Shown here: positions 28,055 through 38,974 of the stretch, piece after piece
Layout: every line of letters begins with the position of its first letter
Position numbering within the stretch: position 1 is the first letter of the stretch
From: an uncultured Candidatus Saccharibacteria bacterium
GTDB lineage: Bacteria > Patescibacteriota > Minisyncoccia > Phycocordibacterales > PALSA-1337
Direction: 5' to 3'
NCBI GenBank assembly: GCA_964394505.1
Contig: CAYMXR010000001.1
Coordinates: forward strand, 9,878 to 73,877
DNA: 64,000 bases
The notes under the pieces: model-generated
What the model saw: the letters and a program-made list of their open reading frames with translations, nothing else
What the model was told of the DNA's origin: nothing
Databases searched by the model: none
Program-made: the position numbers and the translations under genes

Positions 28055-30205
28055 ATGAATAAAAAAGAATATACGCTCGAGATCGGTTCGAAAACTCTTA
28101 CAGCAGAGTTCAACGATATCACCGATCAGACAAACGGGGCAGTGATGCTTCGCTACGGTAACACCGTCGTCCTAGCCACAGCCGTCATGGGCAAGGAACC
28201 AAAAGATGGTGACTTTTTTCCACTTACAGTCGATTACGAGGAAAGGTTTTATGCCACTGGCAAGATTCTCGGTTCTAGATTTATGCGTAGAGAAGGTAGA
28301 CCTTCGACCGAAGCTATTCTCTCCGGAAGAATAGTCGACCGTACTATCCGCCCTCTCTTCAATCAAAAAATGCGTCACGAAGTACAGGTAGTGCTTACAA
28401 CATTGTCCATAGGCGATGAGGACGCAGATTCTGTTTCGGTTATTGCCGCTTCTCTTGCTCTAGGAACTTCTGATATTCCATGGAATGGACCAGCATCGGC
28501 CATCAGAATTGGAAAAAAGGAAACTTATGTTATCAATCCGGAAACCAAGGACCGTGAAGGTGCAGATGTAGCGTTGGACATGATCGCTTGCGGAAAAGAT
28601 GGCATGATCAATATGATCGAAGTCGGAAGTAAAGAGGTTAGCGAAGAAACAGTAAACGAGGCTCTTGCTATCGCTTCAACAGAAATCGAAAAAATCCAGA
28701 CTTGGCAAAAAAAGATCATTGCAGATATCGGAAAAGAAAAGAAGATTGTCGAATTGCCAGTTGCAACCGAGGGAACAAAAGAATTATTTGAGGCGGAGAT
28801 TGCTCCCAAATTGAAAAAGTATGTCTTCAGTGGTCCAGGGAAAAAGAAATTGGAAGAAATCACCGATGAGTGGATGAAAATATTTATAGAAAAATTCCCA
28901 GAAGGAAATACTGGCATGGCTATGGAAATATTTGAGGAAGCTGTAAACGACTTGCTTCACAATGAAGCGATCGAGAATGACAAACGCCCTGATGGCAGAA
29001 CAATGGACGAAGTCCGGCCACTATTTGCACGAGCTGGTGGCATATCACCAATTCTTCATGGTTCGGGAATATTTTACCGAGGTGGAACGCATGTTTTATC
29101 TATCCTTACACTCGGATCTCCCGGAGATGCTCTTCTCATCGACGGCCTCACCATGCAAGAAAACAAAAGATTTATGCACCACTACAACTTCCCACCATTT
29201 TCGACAGGAGAGGTTGGTCGCATGGGTGGAACAAATAGAAGAATGATTGGACACGGTGCTTTGGCAGAAAAAGCTTTATTGGCAGTCATACCAGACAAAG
29301 ATAAATTCCCATATACAATCCGTCTAGTGTCCGAAGCTTTGGCCTCAAACGGATCAACTTCAATGGGTTCGGTTTGCGGATCTACTCTCGCCCTCATGGA
29401 TGGTGGTGTTCCAATAAAAGCTCCTGTTGCTGGCATTGCATCTGGTCTTATGATGTCACCAAACTTTGCTCGAGACGGTAAATACAAAGTTCTTACTGAC
29501 ATCCAAGGCCCAGAAGATCATCATGGTGATATGGACTTCAAAGTCGCTGGTACTAGAAACGGGATCACGGCGGTCCAAATGGATGTTAAAGTTGGCGGTA
29601 TTCCTCTCAAAATCCTAGCTGAAGCTTTCGTCAAAGCCAAAAATGCCCGATCCAAAATTCTCGATGTTATAGAAAAAGAAATTCCTGCTTCTCGTGAAAA
29701 AATTTCTCCAAATGCTCCAGAAATTATTGTTATGAAAATAAAACCAGATCAGATTGGTTTAGTCATAGGCACTGGAGGCAAAACTATAAATGAAATTCGT
29801 GAGGTTACCAAAGTGGAAGATATAACCATAGAAGACGACGGGACTGTATTTATTACCGGTAAAAATGAAACTGCACAGAAAGCAAAAGATATCATCTATG
29901 GAATGACAAGGGAATATTTACCAGGAGAGAAATTTGACGGGGAAGTAGTCCGACTTATGGACTTCGGCGCTTTCGTAAAAATTGGACCAAATGCCGAAGG
30001 ATTGGTACATGTCTCAGAGATTGCCCCATTCCGCGTGGAAAGAGTTGAAACTTATATCAAGGAAGGGGACATCGTTCCTGTTGCGGTCAAAGAAAAAGAT
30101 GAAAAGGGAAGATTGAATCTATCGATCAAGAACGCAAACCCGACATTCTTTACTAAAAAAGAAGAGATGCCAAAACCAAAGTCAGAGTTTAAGAAAAGGT
30201 TTTAG
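28055..30205 (+). CDS. pnp: Polyribonucleotide nucleotidyltransferase
   Basis: FFPLTVDYEE, RRMIGHGALA, SNGSTSMGS, GDMDFKVAGT, KH + S1. Confidence 0.98.
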   Translation: MNKKEYTLEIGSKTLTAEFNDITDQTNGAVMLRYGNTVVLATAVMGKEPKDGDFFPLTVDYEERFYATGKILGSRFMRREGRPSTEAILSGRIVDRTIRPLFNQKMRHEVQVVLTTLSIGDEDADSVSVIAASLALGTSDIPWNGPASAIRIGKKETYVINPETKDREGADVALDMIACGKDGMINMIEVGSKEVSEETVNEALAIASTEIEKIQTWQKKIIADIGKEKKIVELPVATEGTKELFEAEIAPKLKKYVFSGPGKKKLEEITDEWMKIFIEKFPEGNTGMAMEIFEEAVNDLLHNEAIENDKRPDGRTMDEVRPLFARAGGISPILHGSGIFYRGGTHVLSILTLGSPGDALLIDGLTMQENKRFMHHYNFPPFSTGEVGRMGGTNRRMIGHGALAEKALLAVIPDKDKFPYTIRLVSEALASNGSTSMGSVCGSTLALMDGGVPIKAPVAGIASGLMMSPNFARDGKYKVLTDIQGPEDHHGDMDFKVAGTRNGITAVQMDVKVGGIPLKILAEAFVKAKNARSKILDVIEKEIPASREKISPNAPEIIVMKIKPDQIGLVIGTGGKTINEIREVTKVEDITIEDDGTVFITGKNETAQKAKDIIYGMTREYLPGEKFDGEVVRLMDFGAFVKIGPNAEGLVHVSEIAPFRVERVETYIKEGDIVPVAVKEKDEKGRLNLSIKNANPTFFTKKEEMPKPKSEFKKRF

Positions 30206-30297
30206 GAGAGAGGTAGGAGCTAAGAGGTAAGAGTTAAGAATTTAACACGCTGGGCTTTCCTCTTACCTACTAACTCCTACCTCTTAACTCTAACTCT
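30203..30297. repeat. Heptamer-periodic inverted repeat after pnp
   Basis: (aggtagg/agctaag/aggtaag/agttaag) ... (cttacct/actaact/cctacct/cttaact). Confidence 0.75.
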
Positions 30298-30313
30298 CTG
30301 TTATAATATACGC

Positions 30314-31651
30314 ATGAGTGATGACCCTATCTTAAACAAACCAGCACTAGACATGACAAGTACCGATACGGACAATGATGCCGCCGAAGAAAATGCCGGC
30401 CCAAAAATATTCGACATTACTCCTGATCTCAATATTGCACCAGCGAAAGACGAGGTAACAGAAGATACCACCAAGATAAATGCCGCTCAAATTCTTGAGA
30501 GCATATCAAAAAAACCAGAAGTTGCCCCTGTGCCAGAAGAACCAAAACCAACCGTGTTGCCTGCTTTTGGCCCCGCAAACCCACCTGCAAAAACCGTCGG
30601 TTTCAGTAGACCATTGGTCACTGGAGAAGTAGAAAAAAAAGCTAGAACATTGCAACAAGCTATCAGTGAAAATATAGATCCATTATCTCAAAAACGAAAG
30701 ATGCCTGAGATCCATCCAGACCTAAAATCTATCCGAACCTATGAAAAAGATTTCGCCGAGGCTATATCAAAAAAGCACATATCTACAGCATCATTCGTAA
30801 TAGCAGAAGACAAAAAGAAAGTAGCGGATCTAGCAACAGACTCTTCTATAGATGAGAGAACTGGACAGCCAAATACAAAAATTTCCAAAAATTCATCCAG
30901 CAAAAAATGGTTTTTGGGTATTACTAGCCTGATTTTAATTTGCGGAGCTTTGTTTTCTGGTTATTATCTTTACTCAAATAGTTCACTAGCCCCAGTCAAA
31001 CAGCCAACAGACACGACCAACAATTCACCCCTTATACCAAACTCAATAATCAAGCCAGATAGTAAGTCGATAATCAATATCGACAATAAAAGACAGAGCG
31101 AGATAATATCGACAACCAAAGATGAGATAAGCAAAGACCAGACCAAAGACTCTATTAAAGAAATTGTTTTTATCCAACAAAAAGGGAACGATCAGGTTAA
31201 GGTTACAGCAAATGACATACTAAAGACCATGAATATAAGTGCTCCGGATATCTTCCAAAGATCTCTCGGTTCAGATTGGATGTTAGGTGTCTATACTGGA
31301 GAGCTTGGACAAAAAAATGCATTCGTAATCACAACCAACGACTTTTTCCAAAACGCTTTTGCAGGAATAATTCAATGGGAAAAAACACTTCCTGAAGACC
31401 TTAAACAATTCCTATACTCACCAATAGTAGGACAGGACGGATCATCGACCTCAACAACAAGTTATACTTTGCGTGGCAAATTTGAGGACCGCCTTATATT
31501 AAACAAAGATGTTCGGGAATACGTAACAGATAATGGACATATCATGTTCTTGTATTCATTTATAGGTAATGACAAATTGGTAATTACAAACAACGAAGAA
31601 GCGCTGCAGGAGATCATTACAAGACTTGAAAATAATACTCCTGTAAGGTAA
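30314..31651 (+). CDS. Single-pass membrane hypothetical protein
   Basis: Disordered N-terminus, IRTYEKD motif, TM, C-terminal domain. Confidence 0.75.
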   Translation: MSDDPILNKPALDMTSTDTDNDAAEENAGPKIFDITPDLNIAPAKDEVTEDTTKINAAQILESISKKPEVAPVPEEPKPTVLPAFGPANPPAKTVGFSRPLVTGEVEKKARTLQQAISENIDPLSQKRKMPEIHPDLKSIRTYEKDFAEAISKKHISTASFVIAEDKKKVADLATDSSIDERTGQPNTKISKNSSSKKWFLGITSLILICGALFSGYYLYSNSSLAPVKQPTDTTNNSPLIPNSIIKPDSKSIINIDNKRQSEIISTTKDEISKDQTKDSIKEIVFIQQKGNDQVKVTANDILKTMNISAPDIFQRSLGSDWMLGVYTGELGQKNAFVITTNDFFQNAFAGIIQWEKTLPEDLKQFLYSPIVGQDGSSTSTTSYTLRGKFEDRLILNKDVREYVTDNGHIMFLYSFIGNDKLVITNNEEALQEIITRLENNTPVR

Positions 31652-31660
31652 AATACCGTC

Positions 31661-32023
31661 ATGAATAAAAAAGATTTAGAATATTTCAAAGCTAAATTAT
31701 TGGCAGAGAAATCTCAGTTGGAAGAAGAACTTTCCGAAGTTGCCTACAAAGATCCATCGCTAGCACAAGGGTGGGAGGCTACATCCGGAGGAATGGTTGT
31801 TGATTCTGCAGATGACAATGAAGTTGCCGATAAATTTGAAGAAATGGAGGGTAACAAAGATGTCACTGACAAACTTGCTGTTCAATTGGAAATGGTAAAC
31901 TCTGCTCTAGAAAACATCGATTCAAACACTTACGGTATTTGCCGTACTTGCAATAAGCCTATTGAAAGGGGTCGCCTCGAAGCAAATCCTTCTGCAAAAG
32001 GTTGCGTTGTGCATTCAAGCTAA
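31661..32023 (+). CDS. TraR/DksA C4-type zinc-finger protein
   Basis: YGICRTCNKPIERGRLEANPSAKGC. Confidence 0.9.
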   Translation: MNKKDLEYFKAKLLAEKSQLEEELSEVAYKDPSLAQGWEATSGGMVVDSADDNEVADKFEEMEGNKDVTDKLAVQLEMVNSALENIDSNTYGICRTCNKPIERGRLEANPSAKGCVVHSS

Positions 32024-32090
32024 GATTTTCTTCATCGTTTCTTTATCAGAAATTCATCAGGATTTTATCTCTCTTTGATATTATCCATCC

Positions 32091-33614
32091 ATGGGTTTAG
32101 CAAAATCATTTAGCGCCCAACTTGTCGGACTAAAATCCGAGGTGGTGAATATCGAGGTAGATATAACAAATGGTCTACATTCTTTTTCTGTGGTTGGATT
32201 GGGCGATAGAGCAGTAGAAGAATCAAAAGACCGCATTGCAGCTGCGATCAAAAACAGCGGTTTCGTCTCGCCGAAACAGAAAAATCAAAAGATCGTCATA
32301 TCATTGGCACCAGCAGACATTCGCAAAGAAGGGCCATCTTTCGATCTTGGCATGGCCCTATCTTACCTTTTGGCAAGTGAAGAGATAGATTTTGAACCAG
32401 AAGGAAAACTGTTTTTGGGCGAATTGTCACTTGAGGGTAGGCTTTGCAAAATACATGGCATATTACCAATCTTATGTCAGGCCAGATCTCAGGGTTTTAC
32501 CGAGGCATATATTTCCATGGATAATTCAGAAGAGTCCTCACTTGCGGAAGACATAACAGTCTATCCAGCCAGATCACTAAATGAAGTCATCGAACATCTT
32601 ACAGGAAAAAAAATTATTAGCCCAAATCCGAAAAAATATATTTCGAATGACACAAAAGATGAAAAAGATCTTGATATGTGTAACATAAAAGGCAACGAAG
32701 TGGCAAAAAGGGGTCTAGAGATAGCCGCTGCAGGTGCACACAACATCATAATGTGTGGACCGCCAGGTACAGGCAAGACCATGTTAGCCAAATCATTTTC
32801 TTCTATACTTCCAGACCTTTCGTATGAACAAGCAATAGAAGTCACCAGTATCCATTCTGTCGCCCAAAATCTAAACAAAGGTTTTATTCACAAACCACCT
32901 TTCCGCTCTCCACATCATACAGCCTCTTATCCATCTATCGTTGGGGGTGGAGGATTCCCAAAACCAGGGGAGATCACCCTTGCTCATCGAGGAGTTTTAT
33001 TTCTAGATGAATTCCCAGAGTTCCACAAAAGTGTTATCGAAGCTCTTCGTCAACCACTTGAAGATCGAATCATTACAATATCAAGAGCTAGGGGAGTAAT
33101 AACCTTTCCTGCCCAATGTATTTTGATAGCATCTATGAATCCTTGTCCTTGTGGAAAGGGTAGTGGCAACGGCTGTACCTGTACAATGAAATCATTAGGA
33201 GCCTATCAGCACAAAATATCTGGGCCAATATTCGACCGACTAGATGTTTGGTTGAATATCAACAAAATAGACTACGCAAAATTATCAAACAAAGAATCAA
33301 ATGCAGAAAAATCTATAACGATAAGAGAACGAGTGATCAAAGCAAGGGAAATTCAAAAAAGACGATTTGCTTCAAATAACATAAATAAGATTTTTAATTC
33401 CGAAATGAGTGCTTCCGATCTCGAAAACATTATCAATATAGAAGAGAGCGCGCGGTCCACTCTGACAAAATCAGCAGAAAAAATGGAGTTATCTGGAAGA
33501 TCTTTTCACCGAATTATAAAAATGTCCCAGACCATCGCAGATCTAGCAGGATCAGAATCCATAACAAATGAGCATATACTAGAGGCTTTGCAGTATAGAC
33601 AAAAAATACTCTAG
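32091..33614 (+). CDS. comM: ComM/YifB Mg-chelatase-like AAA+ ATPase
   Basis: LAPADIRKEG, GPPGTGKT, PFRSPHH, PGEITLAHRGVLFLDE, MNPCPCG. Confidence 0.95.
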   Translation: MGLAKSFSAQLVGLKSEVVNIEVDITNGLHSFSVVGLGDRAVEESKDRIAAAIKNSGFVSPKQKNQKIVISLAPADIRKEGPSFDLGMALSYLLASEEIDFEPEGKLFLGELSLEGRLCKIHGILPILCQARSQGFTEAYISMDNSEESSLAEDITVYPARSLNEVIEHLTGKKIISPNPKKYISNDTKDEKDLDMCNIKGNEVAKRGLEIAAAGAHNIIMCGPPGTGKTMLAKSFSSILPDLSYEQAIEVTSIHSVAQNLNKGFIHKPPFRSPHHTASYPSIVGGGGFPKPGEITLAHRGVLFLDEFPEFHKSVIEALRQPLEDRIITISRARGVITFPAQCILIASMNPCPCGKGSGNGCTCTMKSLGAYQHKISGPIFDRLDVWLNINKIDYAKLSNKESNAEKSITIRERVIKAREIQKRRFASNNINKIFNSEMSASDLENIINIEESARSTLTKSAEKMELSGRSFHRIIKMSQTIADLAGSESITNEHILEALQYRQKIL

Positions 33615-33624
33615 TTGCTTGGGA

Positions 33625-34704
33625 CTAATGACATGCTCCACTAGCAAAAGGATTTCGTGCTCCACGAATTTCGTAATGAAGATGTGGTCCAGTGGTCATA
33701 CCAGAGATACCGATATATCCAATCTTATCACCCTTTGAGACTTTGTCCCCAACATCTACTATACTTTTCTGCATATGGGCGTATAGAGTCTGAGTTCCAT
33801 TATTATGAGAAATAACAATAAAATTACCGTAACCACCATTCCATGTTCCGTTTGATTTGCTGATCATAACCACTCCATCAGCCGAAGCTAAAATCGGAGT
33901 ACCGACTGGCGCGGCCAAATCAATGGCGTTGCGACCATGCAGAGACTGAGACAATCTTGCGCCATAAACTGGACAATTGTAGTAACCGGCATATGAAGGA
34001 AGTTTGCTAATATTTACTAGCAAAGGATCATCCGGCACAATCATTCCATTCAATGCCCGAACCACGACCGATGAAGTGGTAATGTCTCCATCAGGAATAA
34101 TTATACTTTGGCCAACGACTAGCTTGTTAGACGAATCGAGATCATTGTAATTGTAAATTTCGTTTACATCGGCCCTAAATTTCTTTGCGATGCTTACAAC
34201 CGTATCATCCTTTCGAATTGTGTATTTAACTCCAGTAACAGGCAAAATTGTTAAAGTTTGGCCGACTTTAATAGTTGATTTGCTATTGAGGTCGTTTGCC
34301 CAAAGAACGGTGTTTCTCGACACATTAAACATCTTGGCTATACTTGCAATCGTATCACCTTCTTGAACTGTATATATACTAATCAAGTTGGAAGGTTTTG
34401 TTGACTCTGACGAGTTGGTACTGGCAATATCAGCAATCAATGTCTCGCCACCAGAAACCGGTACAGCATCAAAGGCTTTGTCCGGATTAGGGTCGATATT
34501 AACGGCCGCCATAGGTAACACCGCTCTTGAAGAATAAGTGAGAGTCTCGACACTGACTTTTGCAGATGCTTTTTCTCCTGGGAAGATAGAAGAAAAAAGA
34601 CCGGCATGAACGGTCGACACTGACATCATAGCAACAACCAAAGAGCAGGAAATGACTGCAAGAAAATTGCTTAACTTATTTATCTTTTTTAGAATTAATT
34701 GCAT
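33625..34704 (-). CDS. LysM x2 + M23 peptidase
   Basis: YTVQEGDT LysM repeats; HGRNAID, YAHM, TGPHLHYE. Confidence 0.93.
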   Translation of the reverse strand: MQLILKKINKLSNFLAVISCSLVVAMMSVSTVHAGLFSSIFPGEKASAKVSVETLTYSSRAVLPMAAVNIDPNPDKAFDAVPVSGGETLIADIASTNSSESTKPSNLISIYTVQEGDTIASIAKMFNVSRNTVLWANDLNSKSTIKVGQTLTILPVTGVKYTIRKDDTVVSIAKKFRADVNEIYNYNDLDSSNKLVVGQSIIIPDGDITTSSVVVRALNGMIVPDDPLLVNISKLPSYAGYYNCPVYGARLSQSLHGRNAIDLAAPVGTPILASADGVVMISKSNGTWNGGYGNFIVISHNNGTQTLYAHMQKSIVDVGDKVSKGDKIGYIGISGMTTGPHLHYEIRGARNPFASGACH

Positions 34705-34981
34705 AACAATATTTATATCTTGGCAATAGCAAACATCGATCTCTTGTCCTGTTTTTAAGATATTCTTACAGATAAAAATGGCTCTAATTGGCCATATTTA
34801 TTATTCAATCCATGATGGATCTATTTAGGTTATCAATAAGGACTTTATTGTCAATGATTGCTATACACAGATATTTTATTTGCATACCTGTCAAAAATTA
34901 TTGGGTGATTAGTATTCTGGTATTGTCCGGATTCAAAGGTTAGTCTTTTGTTAGAGTCTGCGCGATCAACTGTGTTAAACT

Positions 34982-36922
34982 ATGCCAATGCCATCACTAA
35001 ATGAAGCTCAGGAGCGAGCAGTAAGCACAACCGAGGGTCCGGTTTTGATCGTGGCTGGGGCCGGAACAGGCAAGACCAGGGTCATTACCCACAGAATCCT
35101 AAATCTGATCAAGGCGGGTACAGCACCTCATTCTATTTTAGCCATTACTTTTACCAACAAAGCGGCAAGCGAGATGCGCGAAAGAGTCTTACATCTGATT
35201 TCAGAAGACCAAGACCTCAATCTACCAGTAACTATGAATGAACGGCCTTTCGTTAGTACTTTTCACTCTCTTGGTGTCCATATCATCAGAGAAAACGCCT
35301 CTTTGTTAGGACTTACAAGACATTTCACTATATTCGATCGAGGAGACTCAAAAAGGGCAATCAAGGAGTCTTTGGAGCAATCATCTTTGGATCCAAAACA
35401 ATACGATCCTGGAACAATCTTAAACATGATTTCTCGTGCAAAAGGGGAAGGTCTCGGGTATTTGGAATATCGAGATCATGCAAAAGGATATATGGAAGAG
35501 ATTGTCTCTCAAGTCTGGGAAAAATACGATGCAATATTGAGCAAAGAAAAAGCTTTGGACTTTGATGATCTGCTTCTAAAGACAGCCTCTCTATTAGAAA
35601 AAAATCAAGATGTTCGGAAACATTACGGTTCAATCTGGAAATATATCCACGTTGACGAATATCAAGATACCAACCGAGTTCAATACAAGATCGCAAAATA
35701 TCTCGCTGAATATCATCACAATATTTGTGTCGTTGGTGATGCGGATCAAAATATATATAGCTGGAGAGGTGCAACGATAGAAAATATTCTAAACTTTGAA
35801 AAAGATTATCCAGAAGCAACTATTATTACTCTAGAAAAAAACTATCGCTCAACAAAAAACATCTTATCAGCCGCCAATAATGTTATAGAAAAAAACAGGC
35901 AGAGGAAGAAAAAGACTTTGTTTACCGATAACGATAGTGGAGAAAAGATCTCTCTATCAGTTTCTTACACCGAGCAAGACGAGGCAAGAAATATAGCGGA
36001 TATGACGCGAGACCTTGTCGAAAAAGGCATATCGGCTAGAAATATAGCCGTTCTTTATCGAACAAACTTCCAATCACGAGTGCTAGAAGAATACTTCATA
36101 AAAAAGAACTTGCCATACCAACTTGTTGGTGTCCGATTTTTCGAAAGAAAAGAAATAAAAGATGTTCTATCTTACATCAAAGCTTCACTAAACAGAGATA
36201 GTTGGAATGATATCGGAAGAATTATCAATGTCCCAGTTCGTGGAATAGGGAAGGCTACTGTAGCAAAGATAATGTCAAAGAGAGAAGATCTATTACCAGA
36301 AGGAATGCGGGTCAAAATCAATAACTTTTGGAAATTACTCGATGATATTAATAAAGAAATAAAAGAGAAAAAACCATCGGAGGTGGTAAAATTTGTGATA
36401 GAAGAAACTGGATTGGAAAAATCTTTGCGTGATGGTACGGCGGAGGATGAAGAAAGATTATTGAACATCCGAGAACTAGTAACAGTGGCAACGGGCTATG
36501 ATCATTTGCCCGGCGAAGAAGGTATCGAATCATTTCTGACAAATTCGGCTCTAGCATCAGATCAAGATGATCTCGAAAGAGATACTGATGCTGTGAAACT
36601 GATGACGGTTCATGCTTCTAAGGGTCTAGAATTTGAATATGTTTTTATTGCCGGAATGGAACAAGATCTGTTTCCGTTTAAACATTTACAAGAGGAAAAT
36701 ATCAACGAATCAGAAGAAGAGGAGGAACGACGGCTCTTTTATGTGGCCCTAACAAGGGCCAAAAAGAAGGTTTTTCTTAGTTATACGATCATAAGAAGCA
36801 TATATGGAGCCCAAAAAGTGAATACTCCCTCGGAATTTATCGATGATATAGAGAAAAGTCTAATTGAAGAGGCGGTGCCAGATAAACCAAGTGGGGCAAA
36901 AGCGCTATTCATAGATTTTTGA
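34982..36922 (+). CDS. pcrA: UvrD/PcrA DNA helicase
   Basis: AGAGTGKT, TFTNKAA, VDEYQD, VGDADQ, TVHASKGLEF, EERRLFYVALTRA. Confidence 0.95.
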   Translation: MPMPSLNEAQERAVSTTEGPVLIVAGAGTGKTRVITHRILNLIKAGTAPHSILAITFTNKAASEMRERVLHLISEDQDLNLPVTMNERPFVSTFHSLGVHIIRENASLLGLTRHFTIFDRGDSKRAIKESLEQSSLDPKQYDPGTILNMISRAKGEGLGYLEYRDHAKGYMEEIVSQVWEKYDAILSKEKALDFDDLLLKTASLLEKNQDVRKHYGSIWKYIHVDEYQDTNRVQYKIAKYLAEYHHNICVVGDADQNIYSWRGATIENILNFEKDYPEATIITLEKNYRSTKNILSAANNVIEKNRQRKKKTLFTDNDSGEKISLSVSYTEQDEARNIADMTRDLVEKGISARNIAVLYRTNFQSRVLEEYFIKKNLPYQLVGVRFFERKEIKDVLSYIKASLNRDSWNDIGRIINVPVRGIGKATVAKIMSKREDLLPEGMRVKINNFWKLLDDINKEIKEKKPSEVVKFVIEETGLEKSLRDGTAEDEERLLNIRELVTVATGYDHLPGEEGIESFLTNSALASDQDDLERDTDAVKLMTVHASKGLEFEYVFIAGMEQDLFPFKHLQEENINESEEEEERRLFYVALTRAKKKVFLSYTIIRSIYGAQKVNTPSEFIDDIEKSLIEEAVPDKPSGAKALFIDF

Positions 36923-37118
36923 TTGTTTCGTTGTGCCAATCGTTCCGTGTGCCATGTTTTCTCAACCACGATCGGCTCTGCTCGAATAACAGAAACCTCG
37001 CAGAGCCGTCTCTTCTCGCGCCACCTTTTATTGTGTTCAACTCACTCTTCAGTGGCGCTCCGAAGGGGTTTCGAAAACATGGCACACTCCACTCTGGCAC
37101 AACGAAAACGATCAAAAT
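36918..37118. repeat. ~200-bp imperfect inverted repeat (MITE-like)
   Basis: tttcgttgtgcca..gtgtgccatgttttc / gaaaacatggcacac..tggcacaacgaaa. Confidence 0.75.
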
Positions 37119-37175
37119 CATTTATTGTGACGATAAAAACTAAAACTGGATAGTTATTCACATCGATCATTTTTA

Positions 37176-37979
37176 ATGTATGATAAAGAAACGATGTATT
37201 TACAAGCCAAAAAATCGCTGGGGCAACATTTTCTCAATTCCAGACATGTTTTGGATATTATCATTGAGTGTGCCGAAATTGAAAAAGGGGAACAAATTCT
37301 TGAGATAGGTCCGGGAACAGGAATATTAACGGAAGCATTACTTCTGGCGGGTGCAAATGTAATAGCGATCGAAAAAGATGATCGAGCAATAGATCTACTA
37401 AATGAAAAATTTAGAGGACAAATTTCTTCGAAGCAACTACAAATTATTCGTGGAGATGTTTTGGAAAACACTCCAGACGACCTACCAAAAGACACTTTCA
37501 AAGTTGTTGCCAATATTCCTTACTATATTACCGGAGCAATATTAGAAAAATTTTTAGAAGGCGAGACGAGGCCAACCTCTATGGTTTTATTAGTTCAAAA
37601 AGAGGTAGCCGAAAGGATAGTAGCGCGTGACAGAAAAGAAAGCGTACTTTCTATCTCGGTAAAAGCTTTTGGCGAACCGCGCCTGATCGCAAAAGTCCCA
37701 AGGGGGGCTTTCACACCACCACCAACCGTTGACTCGGCCATTTTGGCTATAGAAAATATTTCTGATGGATTATTTGTAAAGAATGGCCTAGACATAAAGC
37801 GTTTTTTTGAAATAGTCAAAGCCGGTTTTGCTCACAAAAGAAAGTTTGCGATAAGAAATTTGGAAACGGTAGTAGAAAAAGAAAAACTAGAAAAAATTTG
37901 GGAGGCTAGGGGCTATGACCCCAAAATTAGACCTGAAGACATGGCCGTAGGGGACTGGATTGGAATCATACAAGATTAA
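37176..37979 (+). CDS. rsmA: 16S rRNA dimethyladenosine transferase
   Basis: KKSLGQHFL, LEIGPGTG, VVANIPYYIT, PPPTVDSA. Confidence 0.96.
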   Translation: MYDKETMYLQAKKSLGQHFLNSRHVLDIIIECAEIEKGEQILEIGPGTGILTEALLLAGANVIAIEKDDRAIDLLNEKFRGQISSKQLQIIRGDVLENTPDDLPKDTFKVVANIPYYITGAILEKFLEGETRPTSMVLLVQKEVAERIVARDRKESVLSISVKAFGEPRLIAKVPRGAFTPPPTVDSAILAIENISDGLFVKNGLDIKRFFEIVKAGFAHKRKFAIRNLETVVEKEKLEKIWEARGYDPKIRPEDMAVGDWIGIIQD

Positions 37980-38085
37980 GCTTTTCACTTGAATACCAAA
38001 AGATCACAGACAGATCTAGAGGGACCGCCCACTGTCCACAGAATATAATAATAAAACTGAGTAATTTGCTATAATTGTGATTAGC

Positions 38086-38973
38086 ATGGCAAAAACCTAC
38101 CCGCAGAAACAAACTTTAGTGATTTTTATTGTTTGCGTTATTTTTGTGGCTGGAACTGCGACTTACATTTACGGTTGGCCCTCAACAAAAAACTCCATAA
38201 AATATAGAAATTCCAGTATTCAGCCACAGATAGTAACAAATAATACCAGTACCGGCCCGGAGTCAGACTGGCAAAATCAATTTATTGATGGCAAAGCTAG
38301 CACAACCTTTAGATACGATCCGGTAACACAGAAGAATCCGAAAGCTGGGGTACCAATAAACCCAACTGAAGAATTGGGTCGGGATTTTTTTACAAAATAT
38401 GTCGAATTAAGACAATCAGGACTTAATACGGATGCCAAGACTGTTGATAATGTGGCTACTCAATTAATTAAGGAAAGTGCCTCCAAAATATCGAAACCAA
38501 AAGCATACACTTCCAAAGATATAACTATTGTTCCTGTGGGAACTGGAGTAAACGCAACAAAAATTTACGCTGAAAATCTAGTGGGAATTCTAAAATCATG
38601 GATGCCTGTCAAAAACGAAGCTGAGATTGCCATGGAGGCTTTCGAGGCGGGAGATATGACTTTGTTAAAAGGCATAGACACTGTAATTGCCGGATACAAA
38701 AACGCTGTAACAAGGTTATTGGAGACACCAGTTGTACAGCCCCTAGCCGAAAGTCATCTTGATCTTATAAACGCTATATCTATGCAGACATTCAATGCTC
38801 AAGGGTTAAGAAATTCTGATACAGATCCACTTACCGGTCTAGCAGCCATAAGCCTGGAAGTAAAGAGTTTGGAAGCGATTGCTACCGCTATAGGAAAGAT
38901 GCAAAGTTACTTTGCTTCATCAGGTATTGTATTTAATCTTCCAGTTTCTGGATCAATTCTTCAAAGCCAATAA
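38086..38973 (+). CDS. Membrane-anchored hypothetical protein (first gene of T4SS-like cluster)
   Basis: N-terminal TM; operon context. Confidence 0.7.
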   Translation: MAKTYPQKQTLVIFIVCVIFVAGTATYIYGWPSTKNSIKYRNSSIQPQIVTNNTSTGPESDWQNQFIDGKASTTFRYDPVTQKNPKAGVPINPTEELGRDFFTKYVELRQSGLNTDAKTVDNVATQLIKESASKISKPKAYTSKDITIVPVGTGVNATKIYAENLVGILKSWMPVKNEAEIAMEAFEAGDMTLLKGIDTVIAGYKNAVTRLLETPVVQPLAESHLDLINAISMQTFNAQGLRNSDTDPLTGLAAISLEVKSLEAIATAIGKMQSYFASSGIVFNLPVSGSILQSQ

Positions 38974-38974
38974 C

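Noticed and set aside
36909-37153. Several 70-76 aa ORFs after pcrA
   Set aside because: Artefacts of the long inverted repeat
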